In this document: in pieces, positions 36,801-48,031 of the stretch
How positions within the stretch are numbered: the stretch's first letter is position 1
Layout: every line of letters begins with the position of its first letter
Source: Ostrea edulis
Taxonomy: Eukaryota
DNA length: 64,000 nucleotides
NCBI RefSeq assembly: GCF_947568905.1
Contig: NC_079168.1
Coordinates: 12,276,001 to 12,340,000, forward strand
Reading direction: 5' to 3'
Translations under genes and position numbers: made by a program
The notes under the pieces: generated by a model
What the model saw: only the letters and a program-made list of their open reading frames with translations
Database searches by the model: none
What the model was told of the DNA's origin: nothing

Positions 36801-39800
36801 TTCACAAATCTTTTTAATAATTTTAATTAGATTGGTAGCACTTAAAAATTCAAATTGAAAAACACCTTTTTTTTTAATCTAGTGTTTCCAGGATTAATAT
36901 ATGGTAATGTCACTACGAATAGGAAATTATTTTTTTCCCCACTTAAACATACGTCTCCATAACATGAAAGGAAATCCGACCCTGTCCCCATCATGCTGAA
37001 GTCCAAAGTTTGATTTGTTATGGAATTTTACTTCTTTTTTTCCTGCAGATGACTTCTTCTTATGTATTAATGGTTTGGTTTGGTTGTAGATTAACTCTTT
37101 TTGAATCAATTTTTGAAGATCACAATTGTATAGATATACCTGGCCATTGGTACAATCCCTCTAACTTCTTTATTTCATTAATTTGCATTTCATATGGTGT
37201 TTTAGTTTACATTTCATTTTTATTTTTAGATCACCTGAGCCATATACCCTAGTGAATTTTTCTGATCACAATTTGTTTGTAGTCTATTGTCTGTTTTTGT
37301 CAGTGATAACTTTTGACTACTTTCCATCAATTTTAACCAAACTTGACACAAAGAATCCATTGGTAAAGGGGATTCAGAATTGTTCAGATGAAAGTTCATC
37401 TCTCCTTAGAAGGGGGCATAATTTAGAAGTAGGTTATAGTTTTTAACAATCTTCTTAAAAAGCTAGACTTGTCGAAATGTTTCATTATATAATGAAAATT
37501 CATTGATCACAAAGTTAGTGTTTAAAGTTTTACAAAGTTTATTCATATAGGAAAATAATTTTAAAAAATCCCTCCCAGAAATACAAGGAAACAAGTTTAA
37601 TAGATTAATATGCAAACATCCTCATGTAGTGTAGGATCAATTTTGTTAATTAGAACGTGACCCTCGGGGCTGGGGTGGGGCCACAATAAGGATTAAAGTT
37701 TTACATATGAATACAAAAGATGATTTTTAAAAAAATCTTCTCAAGAACCATTGTTTGTGAGATTAATATGCAAGAATCCATATGTTGTGTAAATTCAGTT
37801 TTTGTTTGAATTAGACTATAACCCTCATGATGAGTTATCCCCAAGCATCCTCTTGTTGTGTAGATTCAATTGTGACTAGTTTCGTGAGACCAGGCCTGGA
37901 GGTTATAAAACTTTTACCATACTCATACACAAACTCAGCCATGTTTGCTTTGAGTACAACTCTGAGCAAGCTTCGAAACATAATCAAAAAATCTTCTGCA
38001 TGTACCTCATTTGAGTGTGAGAATTATTTTATAAAACTTTTGTAACCTTCACTTTTGAGTATGAGTACGATTTAGATCACAGAGGTAAGAGTTTGAGTAT
38101 GAAAACGTGCTCCAAAAAGTTTTACAACCTTCAGGGCTGGGGCACGAGAGAGGGTTAAAGTTCAATTTTGGGTTGCGTAGTTTTACAAGGGGAACTGCAA
38201 CTGCTCAGGAGAGCAATGTGACTCATGGGCTACATGTTTTATTTTGAATTAGAATTTTTTTTCATCAATTGTAATGAGCATTGTCATTAAAAATCAGTAT
38301 TTGTAAACCAGGTAATTTGTTCATTATTTGATTTTCTGCCGTATTTCATTACAGGGTCATTGGAAGGTATGCTGGCGGTAGCTTCTGTAACACTCTATAT
38401 ACTAACTCTTACCTTCTTTCTCTCTCTGCAGCTCAAAATGCATGCAGCATTAGTGTAGTGTGACATGTGATTTATTGTAATCATCATAAGGATATTATAC
38501 ATGTATATATCAAAGGAAACTGTTCAAAATTAAAGTAACGTATACATTTAAAACGTTTTAAGTAAGAAGTATTCATAACACCTGATAGGTTTTTTTTCTT
38601 GGATTTTGCTACAGTAAAAGTCATTTATATGGAGCTTGTTTATTATAAAGAAAATTTGATTATAAATTTTGTTTAATAGAAAATATGGTTATTTGAAATT
38701 TCCTATGAAGAATTCTAAGTTATAAAAAAATCATATTGAATTCTCATTTTTAAAAATGTTTAAAATTTCTTTTTATAGTGAAATGGAATTCATGTGTTCT
38801 GACCTCAGTTAAAATTCCATTTATTATAAACTTTTCAAATGTTCAATCATGATCTGAGGTGTTGCATACTACAAACAAAATAAATTTTTCTTGATTATCG
38901 AGCATTCCTTTGATTATTTTAATATGTTGAAATAACTTTAATGTTTATTTTCTTGTTGATTTTTTATTATACACTTCCTTATATATATAAAAATCTTCCC
39001 GATCAATAGATAGAATCTGGGTTATAAGGAATTAGGCATAGTGTCCGTCTCCAGGAACTCCTAATAAACAAGTTTTACTGTATACAGCTTATATCCTCTT
39101 GTAAAATTGTCCATGTTGTTTTATATTCAATTTCCATCTAGTTAATTATCTTTCTCTAATTAGATTGCTTATACTATCATTCAAATTTACTAATTATTAA
39201 ACTAAACCATCCTCTTTATTTTATGAAGCATGTGGTCTGTTTGATAGTTGTGACAAGATATGAATAACAAATACACAAAGCATAAAGTATATTAAACGCA
39301 TTGTAGTGATTTCAATGTATTACTTTCACTATTCTGGAAAGGTGGCACTGAACATTTCATGCATGTTATAAATAAGTGTACATAGTTTCACAAAGTGTTA
39401 TGGTAATCTATAACAAAGTTTGTAATTCTTTTTAATTAAACTTGCAGTCAAGAAGACAGAAACAAATCAATACTATTTTCTATGTACAGTAGTTTATTGG
39501 TCACTTTTGTGTGAGGTGATTAAACATGTGTATTTTCCTGGTAATGTAGGTCTCTGTTTGAGATGATTTAACATGTGTATTTTCCTGGTAATGTAGGTTT
39601 CTGTTTGAGATGATTTAACATGTGTATTTTCTATGTACAGTAGTTTATCAGTCACTTCTGTGTAAGATGATTAAACATGTGTATTTTCTATGTACAGTAG
39701 TTTATCGGTCACTTCTGTGTAAGATGATTAAACTTGTGTATTTTCCTGGTAATGTAGGTCTCTGTTTGGAACAGCGAGCTTTCTACAGACTCATTTCTGG

Positions 39801-42800
39801 ACTCCACACCAGCATTAATCTACATCTCTGTAACGAGTACCTTTTTCCTTGTGAGTATGAGTGTGTGATAATTTTTACTTTTTCCTTGTGAGTATGAGTG
39901 TGTGAGAATTTTTACTTTTTCCTTGTGAGTATGAGTGTGTGAGAATTTTTACTTTTTCCTTGTGAGTATGAGTGTGTGAGAATTTTTACTTTTTCCTTGT
40001 GAGTATGAGTGTGTGAGAATTTTTACTTCTGATACATGAATTTCATTGTATTAGTAGAATTCCATACAACTTCAGAGTGACTTAGAAAATGACAATGTAC
40101 ATGTGTAATTGAGTAAAACAGCATATAGAATAGAGTATGAAGTGATTGACTAAGAATCATTCAAACATGGATAAGTCAACACATTTAAAATGAGCTGATA
40201 CTTTCAGATATCAATGCATGTACTTGTTATAGTAGCAATCTGGTGAGAACAAATGAATTTGACCAGAAAATTGAAATTGTGCTGTAGTTCTCCAAATTGA
40301 TGCTCTTATGTAATACATGTACCTTGTTGGTTTTTATCATTTCTCAAATTTAGACTTATATCCAGAAGATTTCTTTTTGCATGATTTTAAGGTGGACCTG
40401 TGCTTTGCAAAATGTACACTGGTATCTAGAATACAAACAGATAAAGTGCCATAATTTTTGTTTCCTGCAATATTTTATAGCCACAACATTGCTGTCTTCA
40501 CCCGAATTTAGACCAAACACTGAAGAATTTATCATGCGATTTGATCCTAAAGCCACCAAAGGCCAGGGGCCACAACGATTAAAGAACCTTTACTTTACTT
40601 ACCTGGTAGCGTTACGGGCTCTTGCTAAGGCTGCACCTTATCTGGAGGAGGTACGTTTTAAAAAAAAGTTTTTCGAATTGTCAAAACAGTTGTTGCTTTT
40701 TACATTTAATATCACTACATTTGGATTATAGGAGATAGATTTTGGAATTCTTTTATTTTTGTACAGTATCTGAACAAATGTTATGAATTTTTATTGGATA
40801 ATAAAAAATATTTTTCTTTTTCATTTAACAAACTAGGAAGAATTTTTCACGGGGAGTCCTGAAGAGGAAAAAGATATAAAGGATGGAATCAAGGATTTAC
40901 TGAAAATCGTCAAGTGAGGATATTAGCTCATTGAATTTTACTGAATTTCACAAATGTTGTGAGGGCTCTCTATATATTAAAGAACGAGGTACAAGTGTAA
41001 CTATATTTAAATCTAGAAAGTGGGTATAATTCAGAATGAGGAAATAATACTTCCTTTTCTATAATGTGAAAGTACAATATACTCCACTTATGTTGAAGTC
41101 CCTTATATTGAACTACATGTATCTGTTATATTGAAGTAAAAATAAATCCTCAATAACTTTTATATTTATATAGTTCAACATCGGTTATATTGAATTTTGG
41201 ATATAATGAAGAATTCAGGTTGGTACCCTGAATTTCAATATATCTGGAATAAACTGTATAAGGACTGCAAAATGTATGATAAAATCAGTATCGATGGATT
41301 TGGTGTTTAATAAAAGAAGAAAAATGAATTATTTCAGAGAAGTTTTGCTAAGGAAGGTGTGAGCAACTCAGATTGATGTATATTGTATACATTTATTATG
41401 TAAGCAATGAAGTGTGATTTTGTTGTTATTATTGAGGGTATGATGAACTTCAGCAGTAAAATCAAATGATGTGTATAAGTGTTTCATGTAAATTTTCTTA
41501 CACTGCTGGTGACCATCATCTCCCCCAGTAATGACAACAAAAACACTTTTCATTGTTTACATTCACCTCAACACCAACTGCAGAAAGCGGTCATAGTAGC
41601 TCAGTGGTGTAAAGTGTTCACTTTGTAACAGGGAGGTCGTGAGTTCAAGCCCCGCTCGTGCCAAGGTCGCGTCAAACTTAAGACGTAAAAACATAGGTTG
41701 TGATTGCTCCCTCTCCAAACACTTGGCATTTACAAGTGAGAATCACAGGTCTTTCGGATATGACCTTAAAAATGAAGGTCGTGGCAGGCGTTGGCACGAT
41801 AAAGAACCCTCACTGCTACGGCTATAATCGCTTAGCATAGGTCTAAATTTGTGGTACTTCACCTACAACTTGTGACGTCTCAATGTGAGTGAAAAATTCT
41901 TGATGGGATGTAAAACAAACAACCCACTATAGAATGGTCTATGATATATGCAGTTATAACCACATTATGAAAAGTGAAAACACTAAATGGAACACTAAAC
42001 GGGTGGTCACATGGTTTTTTCAATTGACAAAAAAGTCCAAAGTTTGTTTCATTTGGGTTTGTGTGGTAAATCACTGAAAAAGATAGGAGGTTTACAGATA
42101 GGTTTTACTTTTGTTTATATTTTTTGCTTAAAACAAAAAACAAATGTTTTAAATTTTAAAGAATTGACACCTGTCGTTTTCAGTGATTTGGCAGTCAACA
42201 CGTATGGCCAACCTAGAGCATGGTTTGGCATCCCGCCAAGTACTGCCAACTGTTTTATGCATCATGGATATATGAACTTAAAAACTCTACAACAGAATTG
42301 ATAAGGAAAAAATCTTTTGAATGTAAATATTGAGATATGAACTTGATACTCCTTAGTGAAATTGATAGGAAAGAAAATCTATTGAATATAGATATGTTCA
42401 AACTATTTTTGTATCATATTGCTTGAAGCCTGCATTCTGTTTTCTGATGGAGACACTTCCATGTGAAAACAAAACGATTTATAGAATTACTGAGCAATTT
42501 CTGCTGTTGTAATGAAATAGCTAATGAGTATTTCACTGGGAAATCACTGATTTCAACTGTTTGTCTTTAACTTAAAAAAACAACATCTTTTGACATTTTT
42601 ACCATTACATTGATAGTTTTGGGCCAAAATGCAGTTGTGACTACACAAGATTTTGGGCCATATTGCTTTGACACAATCTCCGAAAGCCATATTTCTTTTA
42701 GTCACCTTCATATCCATTTCATATTAGTGATATGAAATATTGAGGTCAGCTAAGGTGATGGCCATATGGTGAAGATGAAATTTATCACCATTGTATTTTA

Positions 42801-43591
42801 GGCCTTGATATGCAATTGAGGGCATAGTGTTTCTTATCTCATTACGTTTTTTTCCAGGTCATTTCCTGACCACTTTGATGAAAGTAATCTTTTCAAAGGA
42901 GACTCCAAAGTTGCAAAGAAACTTCTGGTAACTTAAATCTATTGTCTTATTCGTACAACATGAATTTAGCCGACTACATCTAACTGAATCTTCTGTACAT
43001 ACATAGACTTGCTGTGAATATTCCTATTTATATCTGCAGACTGAATTCCGGGAGCACTTCAGAAACATTTCCCGCATCATGGATTGTGTTGGATGTGACA
43101 AGTGTAAGCTGTGGGGGAAATTACAGGTAAATGAAAATTACCTGTTCCTGGAAATGTACTTTTCTTTCTAAAAAATCCTCAGAGATTGTGAAAAAAACAA
43201 AATGTGATCACAGAAAAAGCAATTTGAAATAAATTTAGACTATTAACTGTGAATTTGTTTATTTTTTCACACCAGATACAAGGTATGGGGACTGCCCTGA
43301 AGATTCTGTTTTCTGGAGACAGTGTTGGGCTACAGTCAACTGTCAATGCCAATCACAAGCAGCGTTTCCAGCTCAGGAGAACAGAAATTGTCTCTCTCTT
43401 TAATGCGTTTGGAAGGTAGGTCATTTACAGTAAAGTGGATGTAGTTATTGAAGACAGTTTTTACTTTTCTTACATTTTAACGGAATAGTATGGATTGTGG
43501 ACAATCGTAATATTTATTGCTCTTTTCACTTTCCTTCAGGCTCTCAAGCAGTATACATACAATAGAAAAATTCAGGAAGTTGACAAGCTGA
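26564..43591 (+). CDS. ERO1: ER oxidoreductin 1 (ERO1-like), 15 core exons plus candidate microexons
   Basis: Exons 26564-26668 (signal peptide, CFCK), 30045-30164, 31263-31346 ([20 protein letters not shown]), 33716-33775, 34072-34145, 34257-34330, 35391-35511 ([19 protein letters not shown]), 36523-36563, 39758-39850 ([17 protein letters not shown]), 40481-40650, 40837-40913, 42858-42927, 43040-43126 ([18 protein letters not shown] active site), 43276-43415 and 43540-43591. Confidence 0.97.
26880..27665. mobile_element. Old TIR element (~80-bp diverged TIRs) interrupted by a SINE
   Basis: AGGTTCAGCACAACCTCT...TTTGAAATAGC is mirrored by GCTAAATC...AGAGATTGTGCTGGACCT. Confidence 0.55.
27075..27346 (-). 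mobile_element. SINE copy (same family as 54241-54499; 3' domain shared with 41587-41925)
   Basis: Shared TTTAACGTCCC...TTTCACTCATATGGAGA...CCGCCCCATTTAGTCACCTCTTACGACAAGCAAGGGGCACT, with a short simple-repeat tail. Confidence 0.75.
29160..29821. mobile_element. HINE with ~3 internal repeats
   Basis: Poly-C, CTGTCCTTCCGTCTGTCTG microsatellite, repeated ATGACCTTGACCTCAAGGTCAAAATT, terminal hairpin GTGAGCATTGCTCAC then CTCTTGTT. Confidence 0.7.
30525..31145. repeat. Compound minisatellite: ~30-bp core plus variable (GA)n, ~12 units
   Basis: AGTACTCAGGACATAGTACATAACAG(AG)CTG(AG)n repeated, in ERO1 intron 2. Confidence 0.95.
34500..35000 (-). mobile_element. 5'-truncated L1/Tx1-clade non-LTR retrotransposon, ORF2 C-terminus
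   Basis: ORF 34906-34526 reads [10 protein letters not shown]...LW...IIFG...[13 protein letters not shown]...KW, and the frameshifted upstream part reads NDLCRFC, giving the C-x2-C...H-x4-C zinc knuckle. (TAT)n-like tail; antisense in ERO1 intron 6. Confidence 0.8.
35040..35380. repeat. 29-bp minisatellite (~11 units) abutting the ERO1 exon 7 acceptor
   Basis: TGAGTA(G/T)AAGGA(TT/GG)(A/G)ATTTGTT(C/G)ACA(C/T); the last unit runs into the TTTTTTACAG acceptor at 35390. Confidence 0.9.
35685..36200. repeat. 29-bp minisatellite, degenerating rightwards
   Basis: GGTCCCAGAAATACCCTTAACCTCCCATT repeated. Confidence 0.9.
36892..36903 (+). CDS. ERO1: Candidate ERO1 microexon A (12 nt; G-L-I-Y)
   Basis: Poly-T tract...GTTTCCAG|GATTAATATATG|GTAATG; phase 1-1, frame-preserving. 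Confidence 0.55.
37049..37072 (+). CDS. ERO1: Candidate ERO1 microexon B (24 nt; D-D-F-F-L-C-I-N)
   Basis: CTTCTTTTTTTCCTGCAG|ATGACTTCTTCTTATGTATTAATG|GTTTGG; phase 1-1. [11 protein letters not shown] aligns ungapped to vertebrate SFYTWLEG-LC. Confidence 0.55.
37213..38208. mobile_element. HINE (opposite orientation to 56612 element) with a nested MITE at 37890-38140
   Basis: Starts TTTTTAGATCACCTGAG and ends GCTCAGGAGAGCAATGTGACTCATGGGC...TGTT. Nested element has TIRs CCAGGCCTGGAGGTTATAAAACTTTT / AAAAGTTTTACAACCTTCAGGGCTGG. Confidence 0.7.
38355..38366 (+). CDS. ERO1: Candidate ERO1 microexon C (12 nt; G-S-L-E)
   Basis: TTTTCTGCCGTATTTCATTACAG|GGTCATTGGAAG|GTATGC; restores LEG-LC as in vertebrate WLEGLC. 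Confidence 0.6.
39473..39768 (+). repeat. Mixed 47/56-bp array containing copies of an ERO1 acceptor plus exon start
   Basis: TTTTCCTGGTAATGTAG|GT(C/T)TCTGTTTG at 39549/39550, 39596/39597 and the real site 39757/39758. Confidence 0.9.
39838..40030 (+). repeat. 37-bp array containing copies of an ERO1 exon end plus donor
   Basis: TTTTTCCTT|GTGAGTATGAGTGTGTGA; GT at 39851 (real), 39888, 39925, 39962 and 39999. Confidence 0.95.
41587..41925 (+). mobile_element. tRNA-derived SINE, apparently full length
   Basis: A box TAGCTCAGTGG 41597-41607, B box GAGTTCAAGCCC 41641-41652; 3' part CGATAAAGAACCCTC...TGAGTGAAAAATTC...TAAAACAAAC is shared with the other two SINE copies. Confidence 0.75.
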
Positions 43592-44642
43592 CAACCAGGA
43601 AACAATAGAAAAGTTAGAAGTCTCTAAAATACGTTTTTTTTTTTACCAGAATAATGTATTTCAACTCACAATATACTATAGCTTGTAAATGTTAGCTATA
43701 GATGCAGAACATGACCTTGTGTTGAATTCAAAGTCTTTTGAAAATAATCATTTTGTCTCACAAAAGGTTTTTAAGAAGTTGGTGAATAATCCTAACCAGA
43801 AAACCTATTAGTAGATTTATATTAGCTTGGGATCACTTTCTTCATTTTGTTCCATTTACTTAAACATTTTTCAGAAAAATTAAGAAAACATGTTCTTTTA
43901 CTTGTTAAGGCATGATTGTAAGTTGTCACATTCCAGTCAATGGGACCCACCTTATTTTCAAAAGTAGTACATTTGTATATGTACTTACAGTATTGTAAAA
44001 TTTGTTTTAAAAATTGAGTTGATAGGTATCACACGAGATGTTTTGTAGACTTAGTAGAAGTGTTGTGAAATATATTTAGAAAAATATAAAAACACATTAA
44101 GTGCAATATGAGAAATACAACATACTTGTATGTGCATATATTTATTTCTCAATGTTATTTGATTTTGTCATATATGATTTTAAAAACCTCAATGAATTAT
44201 ATAAGCTTGAATAATGTATGGAGTATATGGTGTCATTGGGGTTGTAGAATTGTTTGGCAAGCCCTTAAGACGACAGACTGTAATACATGGTGCATTATAC
44301 ATGAAATTCTTGAATTGAATACATTTGGAGTTGAATTTATTTTTTGCCTGCCTTGAATTAAGAGATTGAATGTTTCCAAATCTCTCTAAGTAAACAATTT
44401 TACTTTGTTTTTTGCTTATGGTGCTGGATAAGGATGTTGTACCAAAACATTTTGTAAATATTTGACAGTGAACTCATAGAATTGTATAAAATTTCTCTTT
44501 GCTGTATATGGATCCTTACATGAAAATTTCCTCACTACACTCCTGGATTTACTGTGTGTTTGTGCTATGCACTCTGGTTTGGCTAAGATTTGTTTGTTTT
44601 GTGTATTTTTGTTAATTACATCATAAACAAGTCGTTGATTTC

Positions 44643-44760
44643 CAATCTGATTAAAATCAGCTCCTCGATCCGCTCCTCTCTTTTTTAAAATGGCGCTGCA
44701 TGTGTAGCAACACACAAAAAAAAAAAGTAGTGGATCGAGAAGCTGATTTTATTTAGATCG
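44643..44760. repeat. ~32-bp inverted repeat (MITE-like)
   Basis: CAATCTGATTAAAATCAGCTCCTCGATCCGCT versus AGTGGATCGAGAAGCTGATTTTATTTAGATCG. Confidence 0.55.
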
Positions 44761-45740
44761 GTTGATTTCTTGGTTACAATCTTTAACTATGCATGTTTAA
44801 CAATTCTCTTTTGTACTTTGTGATGTTTCTATATGCATCTTTTGACTGGTTGAGACTTTGCACCGAAAAGAAAAATTATTTAAATCCTTGCTGTGATGTA
44901 GTACCAACTTTTCAGATATGTAATACTGGTTTCACAACCCATTTATATCAACAAAAGATAAAAAATCTCCACCATTGTTGATTTGATTTCTTGCGGACTA
45001 CAAAGCTCTACCTAGTAAGGTGGCCATCAATTTCATAATGTTTATTACCTACACATGGTTATCAGGAAATACAGTGAACAGTCATTGTATCATTTTACAA
45101 ATCATCAAAGACTACTGATGATGCCTTTTGTCTTAAACACATCTAACATCATAAAGATTTATTGAAACCATTCCAAAATAACATCCAAGTTTATTTTTTG
45201 AAATGTAGATTTTTTTGTAGAAATTAAGAATGTAGAGATTTAGTAGAAATTTTTGAAATTTGAATTACCTGTAAAATATAATGCATCTTAATTTTTGGAA
45301 AGAAGCATGCAGATTGATGATAAACTAATTTTGCCACTGAGTAACATGTAGAAGTGGACATTATTAAATCTAAATATAGTAAATTTGTAGGATCTGTTAA
45401 TGTGTGGAATTCTACAATATTGATCTTAAAATAGATATTATATTGGAAAAAAAATTCCAAATAAATCTGCAGAAAATGTTAATTGCTTTAACAATTCTGT
45501 TAGGAATTTTTATCTAACTGGTAATTTTTAAAAGTTATTTGCTGAATTCCTCTTGTAGATGACCCACTTTGTTGTTTATTGTTCGGCATGACACTGTGTA
45601 TTCACCCCTGTGATATTTTAAAAACACACCACCACTTTTATGTATTGTACATGTATACCGAGGGTAGATTTATCCACATTAGTTTAGAATTTTAGATTTA
45701 AAAGACATAACATTATGATATTTAAAACCACATGTATATA

Positions 45741-45838
45741 TATAATCCGAGATTCCTCCGATTCTTACCCCCGCTTTTATGTGCGCACGTCACACTATAA
45801 AAGCAGGGGTAAAAGACAGGGGAATCTTGGATTAGTAT
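45741..45838. mobile_element. Short palindromic MITE
   Basis: TATAATCCGAGATTCC...TACCCCCGCTTTTA / TAAAAGCAGGGGTA...GGAATCTTGGATTAG. Confidence 0.55.
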
Positions 45839-47119
45839 AGATATTGCAATGTCCTAATTATACAAGTCATGAATATATGTATATAAACATTGTTACTTTA
45901 CAACATATGTTGTCTGACTTCTTCAGGAATCTTTAAGGAGACTTAGTAGTTCTGTTGTTTTTATGAAGATATTGACATTCATCATCATCATCGTCCATTT
46001 TGATTATGATGAATGTGGTTGTTAATACATGTAATGACTAGCTTTTCAAATATTCATTTTTCTAAAAATATGTTGTAATTTTCAGCATTAACTGCCATTA
46101 GAATTGCATGTATATATTCATATATTTATGACATTTTTACGGTTGTTAACAAAAGTCGTGTAAACAAACTGGGAGGACCAAAGCTGTTGGTAACATTTTA
46201 ATGTGCATTTCATATTCGTTTGTTTCAACACTGGTGGCACGTCTTCAGATTGTTTTAAATGCAGTATATGATTCAATGTCTCGACTGGGTGCTTTTATAC
46301 TATACAAAATGAAATTTTCTATCCTGTCTATACTGCTTTCTAGAGTGTTGTTTAATATTTTAGATATGTATACTTGTCATATAATTATATTTGTATTAAG
46401 CTAATGAAATCCATTAGATTTCTCACAAATTGTACATCTGTACAATAATTAGTTACATGTATTAATATCTTATAGTCAGATTGACAGGGGTTAAAGACCA
46501 ATTCTAATTCAGGTTCTTGTCGAACAGACCAAACTTTGTACTGTTAGCATGATGTGAATCTTAAAAATTAGAAAGTTTTTGTTCAGATAAAGAAGAAAGA
46601 TCACTTAGAAAGGGTAAAAACTGAAAGAACTGAACTTCTATTGGTAAATACCACCCTTTGATTATTCCTCTTAGTCTGTAGCGATATTAATCATGACTTA
46701 GTCTGTACTGATATTAATCATGAGCAAGTACGATACCTTGTATGTATAACTTAATAATTCTGAGCAAGTACCTTCCATGTATAACTTGTCAAATGCAAGT
46801 TAATTGAGGTGCATGCATGGTTCATTAGTCCATTCTTGTAAACATGCTATTTGCTGGGTAGAAAGCCCTCGGTTGATATTTTCTCTTTTAGTAGCTGTAC
46901 GTTACCAAGCTAGATCTAATGCTGTAAACTTCATCATAGTTTGGTTTTCCTGTTGAATGTTATTCCTGTTGAACATGATGTTATTTGTCATTTTGAAAAT
47001 ATGTTGCTTACTCTGTTATTGACCTATCCATATAAATTGTAATCTATATTTGCTACATTTTAAATGGAATTAAATGTTAGTGATTATTGGGAGTGTTTTT
47101 CTGTTGTCATTGGCAGACT

Positions 47120-47628
47120 CATCTTCGCTAGCCAAGGGTTTACAATCCACTCCGCTTCTCTACAACCCTTGGCTGTGTTAGCACGATTTTCGTGACGACA
47201 ATTTCCTGCATATGATTGAATGCAGACTGAGTCCCCTGCAGAAAGCGTGTTACGTCAGAACACGTGCAAGACGAAGGAATGTGTAAACAATTAGTTATTG
47301 TTTTCAAAATGCTTCCATTTAATCAGATTTTCATAGTCTCATACAACATGGTTGTGCAATGAGGCTTTGCCTACAAAAAAAAGTTTATTGATTTTAAATG
47401 AGTTACATATAAAACAGTGTAACTCACTGGTTGCAGCTATTTTTAGTTTAACAACACACAAAGTGTAGCTGAAAAACGCAGTTTCATTGGTTGAACATGA
47501 TGTAAACCAAACAGTTTGTTTTCTCCATCCACTAGAGGACGCCACTCAAAGCTATGAAAATCGTTCTAACACAGCCAAGGGTTGTAGAGAAGCAGAGCGG
47601 ATTGTCAAACCCTTGGCTAGCAAAGATG
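47120..47628. mobile_element. MULE-like MITE with ~70-bp TIRs and a 9-bp TSD
   Basis: TIR CATCTTCGCTAGCCAAGGGTTT...CTCTACAACCCTTGGCTGTGTTAG; exact TSD TGGCAGACT at 47111-47119 and 47629-47637. Confidence 0.85.
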
Positions 47629-48031
47629 TGGCAGACTTTGATTCACAAATTACATGGAATACTGAGCTGATTCTGATCCAAGTAATGAAGGAATAGTGTA
47701 TTTAAAAAAGTGTATTTTATATTCACAAATAGTTATAATTCCAAGAGTTTGCACATCGATAAATTCTTCAAAAAGAATGTTTAATCCTATAATTAACTAC
47801 AAACTTTACATGGTAAAAGTATAAATTTTCTTCTGTTTTATATTATATCAAAAATCTTAAAAATAACCCAATAATCATATATGAAATTTTTATTAAAGAT
47901 TCATAGGGTATAATGGAAAACAATCTTGGTATATAGTATAACAACAACAAAAATCTGATCAGTAAAATATTGCCATTACATGAAACATTTTGAAAACAAA
48001 TTCATGCAGTGGATTGAAAATGGACAAGAAA

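Noticed and set aside
38779-38793. Additional 15-nt microexon candidate (VKWNS) in the ERO1 loop intron
   Set aside because: Weak donor (GTGTTC) and no similarity to the conserved loop.
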